From contig CAWCAG010000006.1 of the NCBI GenBank assembly GCA_963793425.1, positions 1-64,000 of the forward strand: a stretch of DNA of 64,000 bases, written 5' to 3'. Positions 48,568 through 59,436 of the stretch are shown one piece after another. A model generated the notes under the pieces. It saw nothing but the letters and a program-made list of their open reading frames with translations. It was not told the DNA's origin and ran no database searches. Source of the stretch: an uncultured cyanobacterium (GTDB lineage Bacteria; Cyanobacteriota; Cyanobacteriia; Cyanobacteriales; CAWCAG01). A program made the position numbers and the translations under genes. Position 1 is the first letter of the stretch; every line of letters starts with the position of its first letter.

Positions 48568-48862
48568 CTACTTCTAAATCTTCTTCCCAAGCAACATCAA
48601 ACTTACACCAGGAATAGCTAAAAGAACTGCTATCTAAAAGAATTAAATAACACCAACTTCCACTTTTGAGATGTCTGGAATAACTGTAAAAAACTCCTGC
48701 AACCATTCCCCAATCAAAACAATCGTCAAGGGGAAACCAGCGTACCTTAACCCCGTAGGTAAACTTGGGTTTTTTGACTTGTGACCAGTCAATATTTGTC
48801 AGTGGTTGCAATTTTGCTAAAGGTAGTAACTGAACCACTGATGGGGTATTTTGTCCCAGCAT
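48557..48862 (-). CDS. Hypothetical protein (SH3/KOW-like beta domain)
   Basis: PKFTYGVKVRW...WGMVAG...WCYLILLD...AWEEDL; coupled to cas2 and the HTH gene. Confidence 0.6.
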   Translation of the reverse strand: MLGQNTPSVVQLLPLAKLQPLTNIDWSQVKKPKFTYGVKVRWFPLDDCFDWGMVAGVFYSYSRHLKSGSWCYLILLDSSSFSYSWCKFDVAWEEDLEVVVE

Positions 48863-48873
48863 ATCCTCTCCTA

Positions 48874-49173
48874 TTAAGCGAAAAAAACTTCATCATCAAT
48901 GGCATAATCTGGTTTAAGCCCCAGAACGGTAACTTTATGGCGACAAGGTTTAGAAAGGGGATAGAATCTCAACTGATCCTCCTTGGCATTTAATAACTTG
49001 CTGAGCCTGGGTAGTAACTTTTCGTACTGACGTGTATTCAAAACCAGTTCAAACACAGACTTTTGCACTCGCAAACCGTAAGCTTCCAATAATTTGGATA
49101 CCCTAGTACGGCGACGGTCATCTACAATGTCGTAGCAAACTAAGTAAAACATTAGATAAGTGATAGGTGACAA
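48874..49173 (-). CDS. cas2: Cas2
   Basis: YLVCYDIVDDRRR...YGLRVQKSVFE...DQLRFYPL. Confidence 0.95.
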   Translation of the reverse strand: MSPITYLMFYLVCYDIVDDRRRTRVSKLLEAYGLRVQKSVFELVLNTRQYEKLLPRLSKLLNAKEDQLRFYPLSKPCRHKVTVLGLKPDYAIDDEVFFA

Positions 49174-49295
49174 GCATTGGTGACAAGTTAAGCTGTTATT
49201 CCATTGGTCAACTGTTTAGTCTTACGACAAGGCTAGCCTGCGGCAACGCTACGCGAAACGCGAATAGCTCTTAGCTTTTTTGTTCTGAATTCCTG

Positions 49296-50043
49296 TTAAC
49301 AGTCAAGAAAATTGGCGTGGCATAACATGGGACGATAGAATTCTCTGATGCCCATAATGCAAGCTAAGTACTCTTTGACCTGTAACTCAATACAATGACG
49401 ATAGGTCACTTCTCCTGTTCGTAGATGCTTAATGGGACTATCTAATTTTGCTTCCCAGGCTTTAATGAATTTCCGCAAAGGTAGGGGGTAGAGATGAATT
49501 TCTCCTTCTTCATCAGGCGAAGTAAAATTAGAGTAATTAATAATGCGATCGCTAACCAATTGAAGGACGAAAGAATCAACTAAGACTGCCCCTAACTCCA
49601 GCATCAAATTTTTCTACAGAAGATAGTGTTTGTCTTGATTCTTTCTTACTGTTACCTACTGCCTGTTGCCTCTTGCTTGCTTCTCCAAGCAGTCCCTTGA
49701 GTAAATGAGAGCGATTATGACAACTAGCCCTTAAAAGACTTTCAGTTGTTTCCCAAGTAAACTCTGAATTCTGGCAGCATTGTAACTGCTTTTGCTGATG
49801 CTTGATAGCAGTTTGCCCAGAACTATAATAGGGCTTTTCTTGTTCGAGGAAGAGTAGAGAAATATTGAGCGAACGCACTAACTTGAGAGCTTCTTGAGAA
49901 ATATTCGTGTAGCCAAAGATAATGATTTCTTCGACTTTGGTAATAGCTACTTGGTAGGAAAAACTACGTGTAGGGAAAACATGAAAGTTCGTTTGGTCAG
50001 CCTTTAATAAGGCTCCCGGTTCGGGAATATAGAGAGTAGTCAT
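49296..50043 (-). pseudogene. cas1: Second cas1 lacking the catalytic core, split into two ORFs
   Basis: N-part MTTLYIPEPGALL and C-part VDSFV...YRHCIELQVKEYLAC...YRPM align with the Cas1 moiety of the RT-Cas1; the GYEG/RRPP/H segment is absent. Confidence 0.8.
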
Positions 50044-50362
50044 GTTCTAAAAAGATAAACAAGTAATAAGTAAAAGCCAGTATTTCTCCAGATAACTTGT
50101 TAGTTATTTCTGGGGTTGAACTTTTAACTTGCTTCCATCTTTTCAGTAGCTATATGAGTACTTGTATGAGTAAAAATAGAAAAGTATGAGTTGATATATG
50201 AGTTTTATATGACTTAAAAAAAGCTAGAGAATTAATCTCTAGCTGGAGCGCTATTATCTTTGGGCTTTTAGCCGTTTGAGCATTTTTTTGCCCTTACTTC
50301 TGCTAATTCGGAAGCTGAGTTGACCGTTTTTGCTGCTACGTTGAACAACTTGAATAAAGCTT

Positions 50363-51337
50363 TCATCTAAAACAGGTTTGTTCCAGGATATTGAAGAATT
50401 GACCAAAACCTGCATCTAAACAATGTTTTCCTAGCATTCCTCTTGATAAACCAGTTAAGTTCAGATTCTCGACAAAGATCATCCCTACACCGTCACATAG
50501 TTGGTGTGATAGTTTTCTGTGCCAGTCTTTACGACAGTTAGCTATGTATTCATGTAGTTTGGCTACTTTCTTCTGGGCTTTTAACCAATTATTTGAGCCA
50601 ATACGCTTTCTACTGACGCGCTTTTGCAGTGATTTCAACTTGCGTTGGGCGTTAATAAAAAACTTCGGGCGCTTGATTAAAAGACCATTGCTAGTAGCTA
50701 CCATTGATAGTAGTCCTACATCTATGCCTATTGCTTCTCCGTGTGCTTTATGTTGTGGTGGCTCTACGTTCCATTGAATGGTTAGCATTACATACCAACC
50801 TGAGATACGCTTGAGTATACGTGCTTGTTTAATTTTCCCTCCTTGAGGTATTTGACGAGAGGAGCGATATTTTACCCAACCTATTTTAGGTAGGTTAATT
50901 TTGTTGTCCTTTATCTTTTCGTTTTTGATTTGAGGAAAGACAAAGGAGCGTATACGCCCAGCTTTTTTGAATCTGGGAAAGCCGTGATTTCTCTCCCACA
51001 TTGAGACGAAGGCTACTTCTATACGTTTTAAGGTTTGCTGCAATACTTGAGAGTGGACTTTTTTTAATTCAGGGTATTCTTTTTTGGCAGCAGTTAATGA
51101 TTTACATTGAGAGGCATAAGTTGGCCTTGGTGTTTCTGTGGGGATGATGTAGCACTTGTGAAGGCTGCAAGAGTTAATCGAACAGCTACGAGATTTGTAC
51201 CAATCTTTGCGTTGTGCTAGGGCGTAGTTATAGACGCGACGATTGATTTCTAACCAGTTTTCAAAGATGTTGGTTTGTTCTTTGTTTGGTTTTAGTTTAT
51301 ATTCGTAGGTCAGGTTAAGCATTCTCTTCACCTCCAA
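50363..51337 (-). mobile_element. tnpB: IS200/IS605 TnpB, C-terminally truncated
   Basis: LTYEYKLKP, GFPRFKK, IGIDVGL, FVENLN; stops before the zinc finger and RuvC-III; end hairpin at ~51399-51439. Confidence 0.85.
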
Positions 51338-51759
51338 CGATTAAGTATACACTTATTGTCTGACACCTCAAGAGTTTGACAAAATAATCAGCTTTGCTGC
51401 CGCTACATCCCCATAAATAGAATTTAGGGGCTTTGCGGCAACTTTCGGTAAACGACTTAAAGCACATAATTGGGCTTTAGTAATCCCAGGTTGAGTTGCG
51501 ATCGCTAGGAAAAGGATTTTCCTAACTCCGGAAAGAGGTTTCCGCAAAGGGTAATCCTGCTGCAACAACACTTTCATAGTTACAGGGGGTGTATGACTAT
51601 CTATATGAGAAAATTTCGCTGACTAAATACGCTCCAAGCTTATAGCAAAGTTCAATCGTTTGAGAGCAACTCATACAACCCCTCCTGAAAAGTCATATAA
51701 GTACTCATATAGCCCCTGAAAAGATGAAATAGAAGTAAATTACAGGGGAGATTTGATTA

Positions 51760-53733
51760 GTGCAAATTGAACCAATAGAACTAATAACGGCTTGGCAACA
51801 AGTGCGTAATCGTAGTCCGGCAGCAGGGGTAGATGGTATTACCCTAGATTTGTTTGCAGGGGTAGCAAAGGAACAACTAAGAACTCTAAAACGAGAACTG
51901 GAACGGGAATACTATCAAGCCAGTCCTGCCAAGGGTTTCTATTTGAAGAAAAAGAGTGGAGGTCAACGTTTAATTGGTATTCCTACAGTACGCGATCGCG
52001 TGGTACAAAGATTGACCCTCCAATCAATTTACCCCACCTTAGAAACAGAATTTCCCGCCCATAGTTATGGCTACCGTCCAGGGCATTCTGTACAAATGGC
52101 CATAGAACATTTCTCTGAATATTACCGAGAAAGACCAACTTGGGTAATTAAAGCAGATATAGCTCAGTTCTTCGATAGCCTTATTTGGGCCATTTTGCTG
52201 GAAAGTCTGGAAGATATTGCTGTAGAGCAGTTTTGGGGACAGCTTATTGCTGGGCAATTACAGGCGGGAATTAAGTTGCAAGGGCAGTGGTTTAACCCTG
52301 GTAAAGGGGTATTGCAAGGAGGCATTTTATCAGGTGCTTTAGCAAACCTTTACCTGAGTGAGTTTGACCGTTACTGTGCTGATTTTGGTATCCAAATTGT
52401 TCGTTATGGGGATGATTTTGTCATTGCCACTGGGGGTTTATTAGAGGCTACGAGGATTTTAGCCCAAGTGAGTCAGTGGTTGGAGGATATCTACTTAACC
52501 CTACAACCAGAGAAAACCCACATTTTTGCTCCTAACGAGGAATTTGTTTTCCTTGGTTATAAATTTCAGGCTGGAGAAATTATTCCCCCTCCTTCCAAAA
52601 GCCGTAGTACTTCAAGGAAACCCAAACAAAAGCCAGCACCAGAATCTAGACCACCAAAAGCTTGTAGCATTCTCAAACCTTATTCCTACCACCATCAAGT
52701 TGACAGAGATTTTTACTGGAGCGACTCTATGACTACTCTTTATGTGACCGAACAGGGAGCCTATCTCAAGGTACGACACCAACAGTTTCAGGTTTTCTAC
52801 CACCGGGAATTACGCATCACTGTTCCTGTGAATCGGGTGAGCCATATTGTTCTGTTTGGTTGTTGTAATCTTTCCCACGGAGCAGTGCAACTGGCCTTAA
52901 AAAGACGTATTCCGGTAATGTATCTTTCTCATCAAGGGCGTTACTTTGGCCGTTTGCAAACCGATGGCATGGCAGAAATTGATTACCTCCTGCTGCAAAT
53001 GCAGCGTCACCAAGAGCCAGCCTTTCAACGTCGTCAGGCAGAAGCCATAGTTATGGCCAAACTACACAATTCCCGCAAGCTTCTACTACGGATGAACCGG
53101 AGCAAAAAGATTACTAAGGTGAACAAATCCGTTAATAAGATTGCCCAGATTATTGATAAGCTACCTTCAGCCAAATCGGTTGAGAGTTTGTTAGGTTACG
53201 AAGGGCAGAGCGCTCATTTATACTACCAAGCCTTGGGAGTACTTTTTAATGGCAAGTTTACTTTTGAAAAGCGTACCCGTCGTCCTCCTACCGACCCCAT
53301 TAATAGTATGCTCAGTTTGGGTTATACTCTGTTGCACCAAAATGTTTTTTCTTTGGTACAAGCAGTAGGTTTACACACCCATTTTGGTAATCTCCATACC
53401 CCCCGCCGTAATCATCCGGCTTTGGTTTCTGATTTAATCGAGGAGTTTCGCGCTCCAGTGGTGGATTCTTTTATTGCTTATTTGGTTAATTCCAAGATTT
53501 TTAAGCAAGGGGATTTTACTCCGGCAGATCCAAGGGGTGGGGTTTATCTTCATCCTAGTTCTTTGCGGAAGTATCTTAAACACTGGCAGGAGAAGTTACA
53601 GACTCAAGTTACCCATCCCCATACAGGTTATAAGGTAAGTTATTATCGTTGTTTGGAGTTACAGGTATGGGAGTATATTGCTTGTTTGAAGGGAGAGCAG
53701 GAGGTTTATCGACCAATGATGTGGAATATTTAG
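51760..53733 (+). CDS. cas1: RT-Cas1 fusion
   Basis: AAGVDG, GIPTVRDR, LQGGILS, RYGDDF; then MTTLYV, LGYEG, RRPPTDPINSMLSLGY, GNLH, DLIEEFR. Confidence 0.95.
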   Translation: MQIEPIELITAWQQVRNRSPAAGVDGITLDLFAGVAKEQLRTLKRELEREYYQASPAKGFYLKKKSGGQRLIGIPTVRDRVVQRLTLQSIYPTLETEFPAHSYGYRPGHSVQMAIEHFSEYYRERPTWVIKADIAQFFDSLIWAILLESLEDIAVEQFWGQLIAGQLQAGIKLQGQWFNPGKGVLQGGILSGALANLYLSEFDRYCADFGIQIVRYGDDFVIATGGLLEATRILAQVSQWLEDIYLTLQPEKTHIFAPNEEFVFLGYKFQAGEIIPPPSKSRSTSRKPKQKPAPESRPPKACSILKPYSYHHQVDRDFYWSDSMTTLYVTEQGAYLKVRHQQFQVFYHRELRITVPVNRVSHIVLFGCCNLSHGAVQLALKRRIPVMYLSHQGRYFGRLQTDGMAEIDYLLLQMQRHQEPAFQRRQAEAIVMAKLHNSRKLLLRMNRSKKITKVNKSVNKIAQIIDKLPSAKSVESLLGYEGQSAHLYYQALGVLFNGKFTFEKRTRRPPTDPINSMLSLGYTLLHQNVFSLVQAVGLHTHFGNLHTPRRNHPALVSDLIEEFRAPVVDSFIAYLVNSKIFKQGDFTPADPRGGVYLHPSSLRKYLKHWQEKLQTQVTHPHTGYKVSYYRCLELQVWEYIACLKGEQEVYRPMMWNI

Positions 53734-53919
53734 AATATCCAAGATGTTGTAGCTTTTAGCTCAGGGAGAAAATAGAAGGGGCAAAAAGTCAATATCATAA
53801 TGACATGGTTTTGACCCTGAATAGCTGCTAAGGTAGTGAGCAAAGATTTTTCACTTTTCGTAATCGCTCTATTTCTTGCTATTACTGAGTTTCAACCTGA
53901 TTTTTTGTCCTTTTATTTA

Positions 53920-54108
53920 GGGGGGTCAAGGAATGGCTGAAATGTCCATTCTTTCGTTGACCCCCACAAATAGCCTTCTGAGTAAGAGTTCTAGCTGTTA
54001 TGAGGTGGCATTTACTGCTAATTATTATCAATTATTTGAGGGGTGAGTTGACCCCCCTAAATTTGATGGTTTATAATGACCTCATACCAAAGCTTTCATA
54101 AGCCGAGG
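53920..54108 (+). promoter_or_regulatory. CRISPR leader 1
   Basis: Highly similar to 59245-59436 upstream of array 2. Confidence 0.75.
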
Positions 54109-54582
54109 GGTTCACCAATTACCTAAATTGGTCTTGTTGGAAACGATCCAGCTTCAACAGTACCTAACAAGGTACTAAAGGCGTTGGTTCACCAATTACC
54201 TAAATTGGTCTTGTTGGAAACATTTCCAAACTGTTCTAAACTGTATTGTTTAGAATCGGTTCACCAATTACCTAAATTGGTCTTGTTGGAAACAAATGTA
54301 ACTTGATGAGCTACTTCTTCATCAGAAGGTTCACCAATTACCTAAATTGGTCTTGTTGGAAACATTGGTTCTGAAGAACAGGCAATTGAGAAATGGTAGG
54401 GTTCACCAATTACCTAAATTGGTCTTGTTGGAAACTTCAGTCTTTTAGCCGTTGCTAGAGTTCCAGACTAAAGGTTCACCAATTACCTAAATTGGTCTTG
54501 TTGGAAACTAAAATCCCTATCTTCATTGTGGCTGCCACATACAGGGGGTTCACCAATTACCTAAATTGGTCTTGTTGGAAAC
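54109..54582 (+). CRISPR. CRISPR array 1: 7 repeats, 6 spacers
   Basis: 36-nt repeat GGTTCACCAATTACCTAAATTGGTCTTGTTGGAAAC; spacers 34-41 nt. Confidence 0.98.
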
Positions 54583-54644
54583 ACATTTCCTGATAAGGTG
54601 GGCATTGCCTGCCTTATTTATTTTTCCAGCAACAAAAAAGCCTC

Positions 54645-55061
54645 ATGCCAGCCAGAGACACATATCACAACAAAGCCAAAAACGCATTGCTTGTTGATGG
54701 GTGGACAATCACCCACGACCCTTTGAGACTTGAGTGTGGGAACAAAGACTTTTATGTAGACTTGGGAGCTATGAAACTGATAGCAGCAGAAAAAGAAGAA
54801 AGGAAAATTGCTGTTGAAATTAAAAGTTTTGTCGGAAAATCTGATATTGAAGAATTAGAAAAAGCTTTGGGTCAATATGTCTTGTATTATGATGTTTTAG
54901 CAGAGCTAGAACCTGAACGTATCTTATATGTAGCAATTCCCCAAAGAACTTATCGAGACTTATTTGAAGAAAAAATTGGTAAACTACTCCTCAAAAATCA
55001 ACGTGTTAAACTTATAGTATTTGATGAGAATCAAGAGAGCATTGTCCAATGGGTAGTATGA
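54645..55061 (+). CDS. xisH: XisH family protein
   Basis: MPARDTYH...GWTITHDPL...AVEIKSF...ALGQY. Confidence 0.92.
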   Translation: MPARDTYHNKAKNALLVDGWTITHDPLRLECGNKDFYVDLGAMKLIAAEKEERKIAVEIKSFVGKSDIEELEKALGQYVLYYDVLAELEPERILYVAIPQRTYRDLFEEKIGKLLLKNQRVKLIVFDENQESIVQWVV

Positions 55062-55423
55062 GCTTAGAACAAACCCAACAAATTATCGAAACAATACTCA
55101 CTGAATATGCACAAATTCCCTACGCCTATCGTGATATTCAAACAGAAACCATTTTCGATAAAACCAATGGCCGCTACTTACTAGTAAATATGGGTTGGGA
55201 GGAAAATAAGAGGATTTATAGCACTCTTGTCCACATTGATATCATTGATGGCAAAATTTGGATTCAAAGGGATGGAACCGAAGATGGTATAGCCGAAGAC
55301 TTAGAAAGAGCAGGAGTTCCTAAAACTAGGATTATACTGGGTTTCCGTCCACCAGAAGTTAGGAAATATAGCGGCTATGGTACAGGAGTTGAAAATACAA
55401 GGGAGCCTGTAACCCTAAGTTAG
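55049..55423 (+). CDS. xisI: XisI family protein
   Basis: HIDIIDGKIWIQRDGTEDGIA...ILGFRPPEVR. Confidence 0.92.
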   Translation: MGSMSLEQTQQIIETILTEYAQIPYAYRDIQTETIFDKTNGRYLLVNMGWEENKRIYSTLVHIDIIDGKIWIQRDGTEDGIAEDLERAGVPKTRIILGFRPPEVRKYSGYGTGVENTREPVTLS

Positions 55424-55502
55424 CTTTGAGTATAGCCTGCGCCCTATAAATTAAGATAAAATCAAAAATAATACCCCCAAACTATCAACTGTCTTAACTC
55501 AA

Positions 55503-58500
55503 ATGGCACGGTCGCTAAAAGCAACGAGTAAAGGAATCGAACGAGCCAAAGGAGCCTTGACAGAGAGGGGATTAACTCAAACAGCCTTAGTCAAAGAGTT
55601 AGAAATAGCTTCCTGGTCAACCATCAACAAATTCTTTAATGGCAAAGCTGTAGACCGAGGAATTTTCATCACAATTTGCGAAACCTTGGGTAAGGATTGG
55701 GAAGAAATCGCTACAGAAAAGCCCTTACAGTCGAATGAAGAAATAATTGAAAAAACTAAACTACTTCCTCAACCTTACTCTTCTAACCACAAAAATCTCA
55801 AGCAGAAAATAGATGACTACAGCATAGCTGCTAGAGAAGCTCTTAACCCTCGTATCTTAACCAGAATCGAACGCCCAGTAGTTCGGGAAAAATACCTCAG
55901 AGCTATTCAAAGGGGACTGAGGGGACAACAGCGTATTGTACCGATTATTGGCCCTGCTGGTTATGGTAAAAGCACTATCCTGGGTAATCTCTACGACTTA
56001 CTTAAAAACAACCTTCCCCAGCAATCAATTTCTCCTGGTTGGCTAATTCTTAGCTTATGTAATAGTCTCGATCTCAATATAGCCTCTTCCTCAGAAAATT
56101 AGCTCGTAGTTGGGGAGAAAGTGTAAGTGGTCAGAACAACTCGTTATTAGAAATTGTCACCCAACTAACAGCAGAGTATGGCAAAGGAGTTCTACTCATT
56201 GATACCATTGACTTAGTAGTTAGTCGCTCCTTCGTCAATGGCTTTGGGGGATTGCTACGCCAGTTATTAGAACAAGATGTCACCGTAGTCTTTACCTGCC
56301 GTGACCATGAATACAATGATTTCCTAGAACCAACTCGAACTAAACTACCAGGTATAGCCTCTGCCATAGAACGCCATTTCGTCCCCGAATTTAGCCCTGC
56401 TGAAGTTAAGCAAGCTGCTAGCATCTTTGTAAAGAAACAAACTCACAACCTAAGCGACCACCAAGCTGACTTTGCCGAAAAAATCCTCACCCTCTCTGCT
56501 GATAGTCGCTCTCTCAAAGAGATTGTTTGCAATCCTTTGCTTTTGGCCTTGTTGTGTGACCTCTTTGCTAAAGATGGAAACGTCCCTCCGGATCTCACTG
56601 TTAGCAAACTGTACCAACGCTACTGGGAAGAAAAAATAGTTTACAGTCGCTTTGACGACAGCCACTCATCATTACTGGCTTTGCAAAAAGAGAAAATCTG
56701 CCTTGATATTGCACAGGCTTTGTTTGCTATGTCGGTAAACAAGCTTTGTGAAGCAGCTTACTTAGATGAATTAGGGCTAGAACTAACTGAAACAACTGCT
56801 ACTGCCTATGATGATTTGCTTAGTGAAGGAGTTTTGGAAAAGTTACCTTCTCAAAAAATTCACTTTTTCCACCAGACACTATTAGAATATGCGATCGCTT
56901 ACTGGTTAACTCGTCATAGCTCTCAATCCCAACGTCAACAGCTACTTGCTACTCTTAAAGACAAAGAAAACTCCCATCAATATCATCATTGGTGGGCTGT
57001 CATTCGTCAACACTTGACTCTTGTAGAAGACCGAGAGTTTGAATCTTTACAGCAACAACTAAACTTAAATGACTTAGCTGCATTCGGTGCAGTAGCTTTT
57101 GCGGCTGCATCCCGTGAGCGCTCAGTAGCTTTAGCTAAACTCCTACCTACTGCTTTGGAGTTGGGCGCAGTCCATCAGAAAAGATTGCGTCAAGCCTTAG
57201 AGTCTGCCCCTCGACAGTTAACGGAAGAGGTTTGGCAAGTTGTCCTTGCTCTTTTAGAGAAAAGTAGCCACACCGTTGCTGTCAACACAGCTAAAACCGT
57301 AGGAGCATTGCTAGCCCAATGGTGGCAATCTTTTGGTAGTCACTGGGGTGAAGCCCTTGCTGCTATTGCTAGCAGAAAAATTGAAACGGTAGGTAAAAGA
57401 AACTTTGATGGGCGTTCAGAACTTTCTGGTTGGTTACTTCAACCCTGCTTACCTTTAATGAGTTCAGAACTCCAAGAAGAAGCACCACTTCATAGAAGAG
57501 AGCAGATATTACAGACAAAGCGGAGCAAGGAACTTTTAAATACTTTGAGACAATACTATCAGTATTTTGGTCAAAGAACTTGTATTGAAGTATTACAACT
57601 CTATCAATTACCTGTAGTTCCCAAAGACTTACAGAGAAAGTTCCTGCCTCAATTGCTTGCAGAAGCAGTACCTCAGAATAAAAAGTTGGAGGCAGAGCTA
57701 ACTAATTTTGTAGCGATTGTTCTACCCCAAGAAATCACTGTTACTGATTCACTTTTGGGAAATTCCTGGCTAGAAGTTCTTCATCGTGAGTATCCACTTA
57801 AAGTCAATATTGTCGTTGCTCTGGCTATAGGACGTAATGCGGCAAGAGAGCCGAAAATTCTACAGGAGATAATGACTGATAGTTTGGTTGGTGAACCCTA
57901 TCATACTGGTCAAAACAATGCGGCCCTGACAGAAGCTTTACGTCAAGGGGCTGAAAATTTCTTTACTCGTTTCCTAATTACTCAACCCCAAGAAAAGGTG
58001 TTTCCCCAACGTTTGAGTGCTATGGTTAGTTTGCTCAATCACACTTCTAACTATTTCTCGCCAGCAAACCAAGAATCATTGATTCAGTGGTTACAACCTG
58101 TAGCAGAAAAGCATCTAGAAAAGTTTGTACCCCTTTTAGAAGACTGGGGTGATTCGTGCAAAACCGCTCAGCAGATTTTACAACAAGGTATTACTAGGTT
58201 GCCTGCTGTAAAGCAAAAAAAATATCAAGGTGCAGTTATTCGGTTTCTACCTTTGCAAGAACACCCTCCCCTCAACAACTTAGATAAAAAATCTCAGTTT
58301 TCTTTAGTGAAATTTTATCAACAACGGGCATCTACTTCTGTGGTTGCTCTAAACCAGCTATTTTTAGCAGTTAGAAGTAACTCCAAAAATGTTGCTATTA
58401 CTGCTTCTTGTGAGTTAGACCAAGTAGCTGGAGACAATCTAAAAGTAGCTCAGCTTTTACCTTTACTTAACTCTTCTTTAGCTGGAGTACGAAATAATAT

Positions 58501-59101
58501 CTTTCAAGCTTTGCTTAATCTAAGTGAGGGTGGAGCAACTTTAACTGAAGAGCAGGTTATCGAAGTTTGTCAAATCCTCAAACAAGAAGATAACCAAGTA
58601 GTAGCTCGTCCTTTCTATCAATTGATAGCCTGTTGGACTTGGACTCATAAATCTGTACCTGATACTCTTTTAAAAACTATTGGTGCTATCCCACCTCGTT
58701 TAAGGGCTAAAGGGACTTTTGAAGGGGGAGTCACTAGAACAATCATTATTGCTTTCAGAGCGATCGCTAATACCCAAGCTCCTAATTTGATGCCTCACTT
58801 AGGTTTGTGGACTCGTCAGATTTTGCTCTCAATTGATTTGATTCGTGTGCAAAACTCTGGCTCAGAAATGACGGATTTTTTGGTAGCTTTAGACCGTTTA
58901 GATAAAGCTTTTCTTTCTCAATTAGTCACTGAAGATGTAGCCAAGTTAGCCTCTCAAGATTGGCAGCATAATGTGATAACTATTGTTCGAGCGATTTATA
59001 GGGTAGAAAGTCAGAGTTCTCCTTTACTAGCTGAAATTTTAGCAAGTGAATGGTGTCCTCTAGTAGTGCAAAATGCAATTTTGGAGATGTTAGGAGCTTG
59101 A
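55503..59101 (+). pseudogene. HTH-STAND/NACHT NTPase with helical-repeat C-terminus, frameshifted at ~56098
   Basis: N-terminal HTH (MARSLKAT...STINKFFNGK), Walker A GPAGYGKS; Walker B VLLIDTID lies in the other frame before the 56252 ORF; NPLLLALL, FFHQTLLEY. Confidence 0.8.
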
Positions 59102-59244
59102 GAATTGAAAAAAGTCAAGTTCGTTTTGACCTAACTTTTTTCCTAAATAGCTCCTAAACTGGAGATGAGACAAAAATGACGGTTTTGAAATTGTCCAATA
59201 TCCTGCTAAATCTAGCTTTTAGCTTAAAAAATTCCTTGCAAATC

Positions 59245-59436
59245 TGTGGGGGTCAGGGAATCGCTGAGAACCCTCATTCTTTCGTTGACCCCCACAAATC
59301 TTCTTCTGGGTAAGAGTTCTAGTTATTATGAGGTGATATTTGTTGGGAAGTGTTCTCAATTATTTGGGGGTAAATTTGACCCCCCTAAATTTGATGGTTT
59401 ATAATCTACTCATACCAAGGCTTTCATAAGCCAAGG
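59245..59436 (+). promoter_or_regulatory. CRISPR leader 2
   Basis: Paralogous to leader 1. Confidence 0.75.

Noticed and set aside
49600..49620. Programmed frameshift joining the cas1 fragments
   Set aside because: The second ORF is in the +1 frame with no recognisable recoding signal, and the catalytic core is missing anyway
50265..50276. 12-nt match CTTTTAGCCGTT to the duplicated spacer
   Set aside because: Too short and the flanks mismatch; not credible self-targeting
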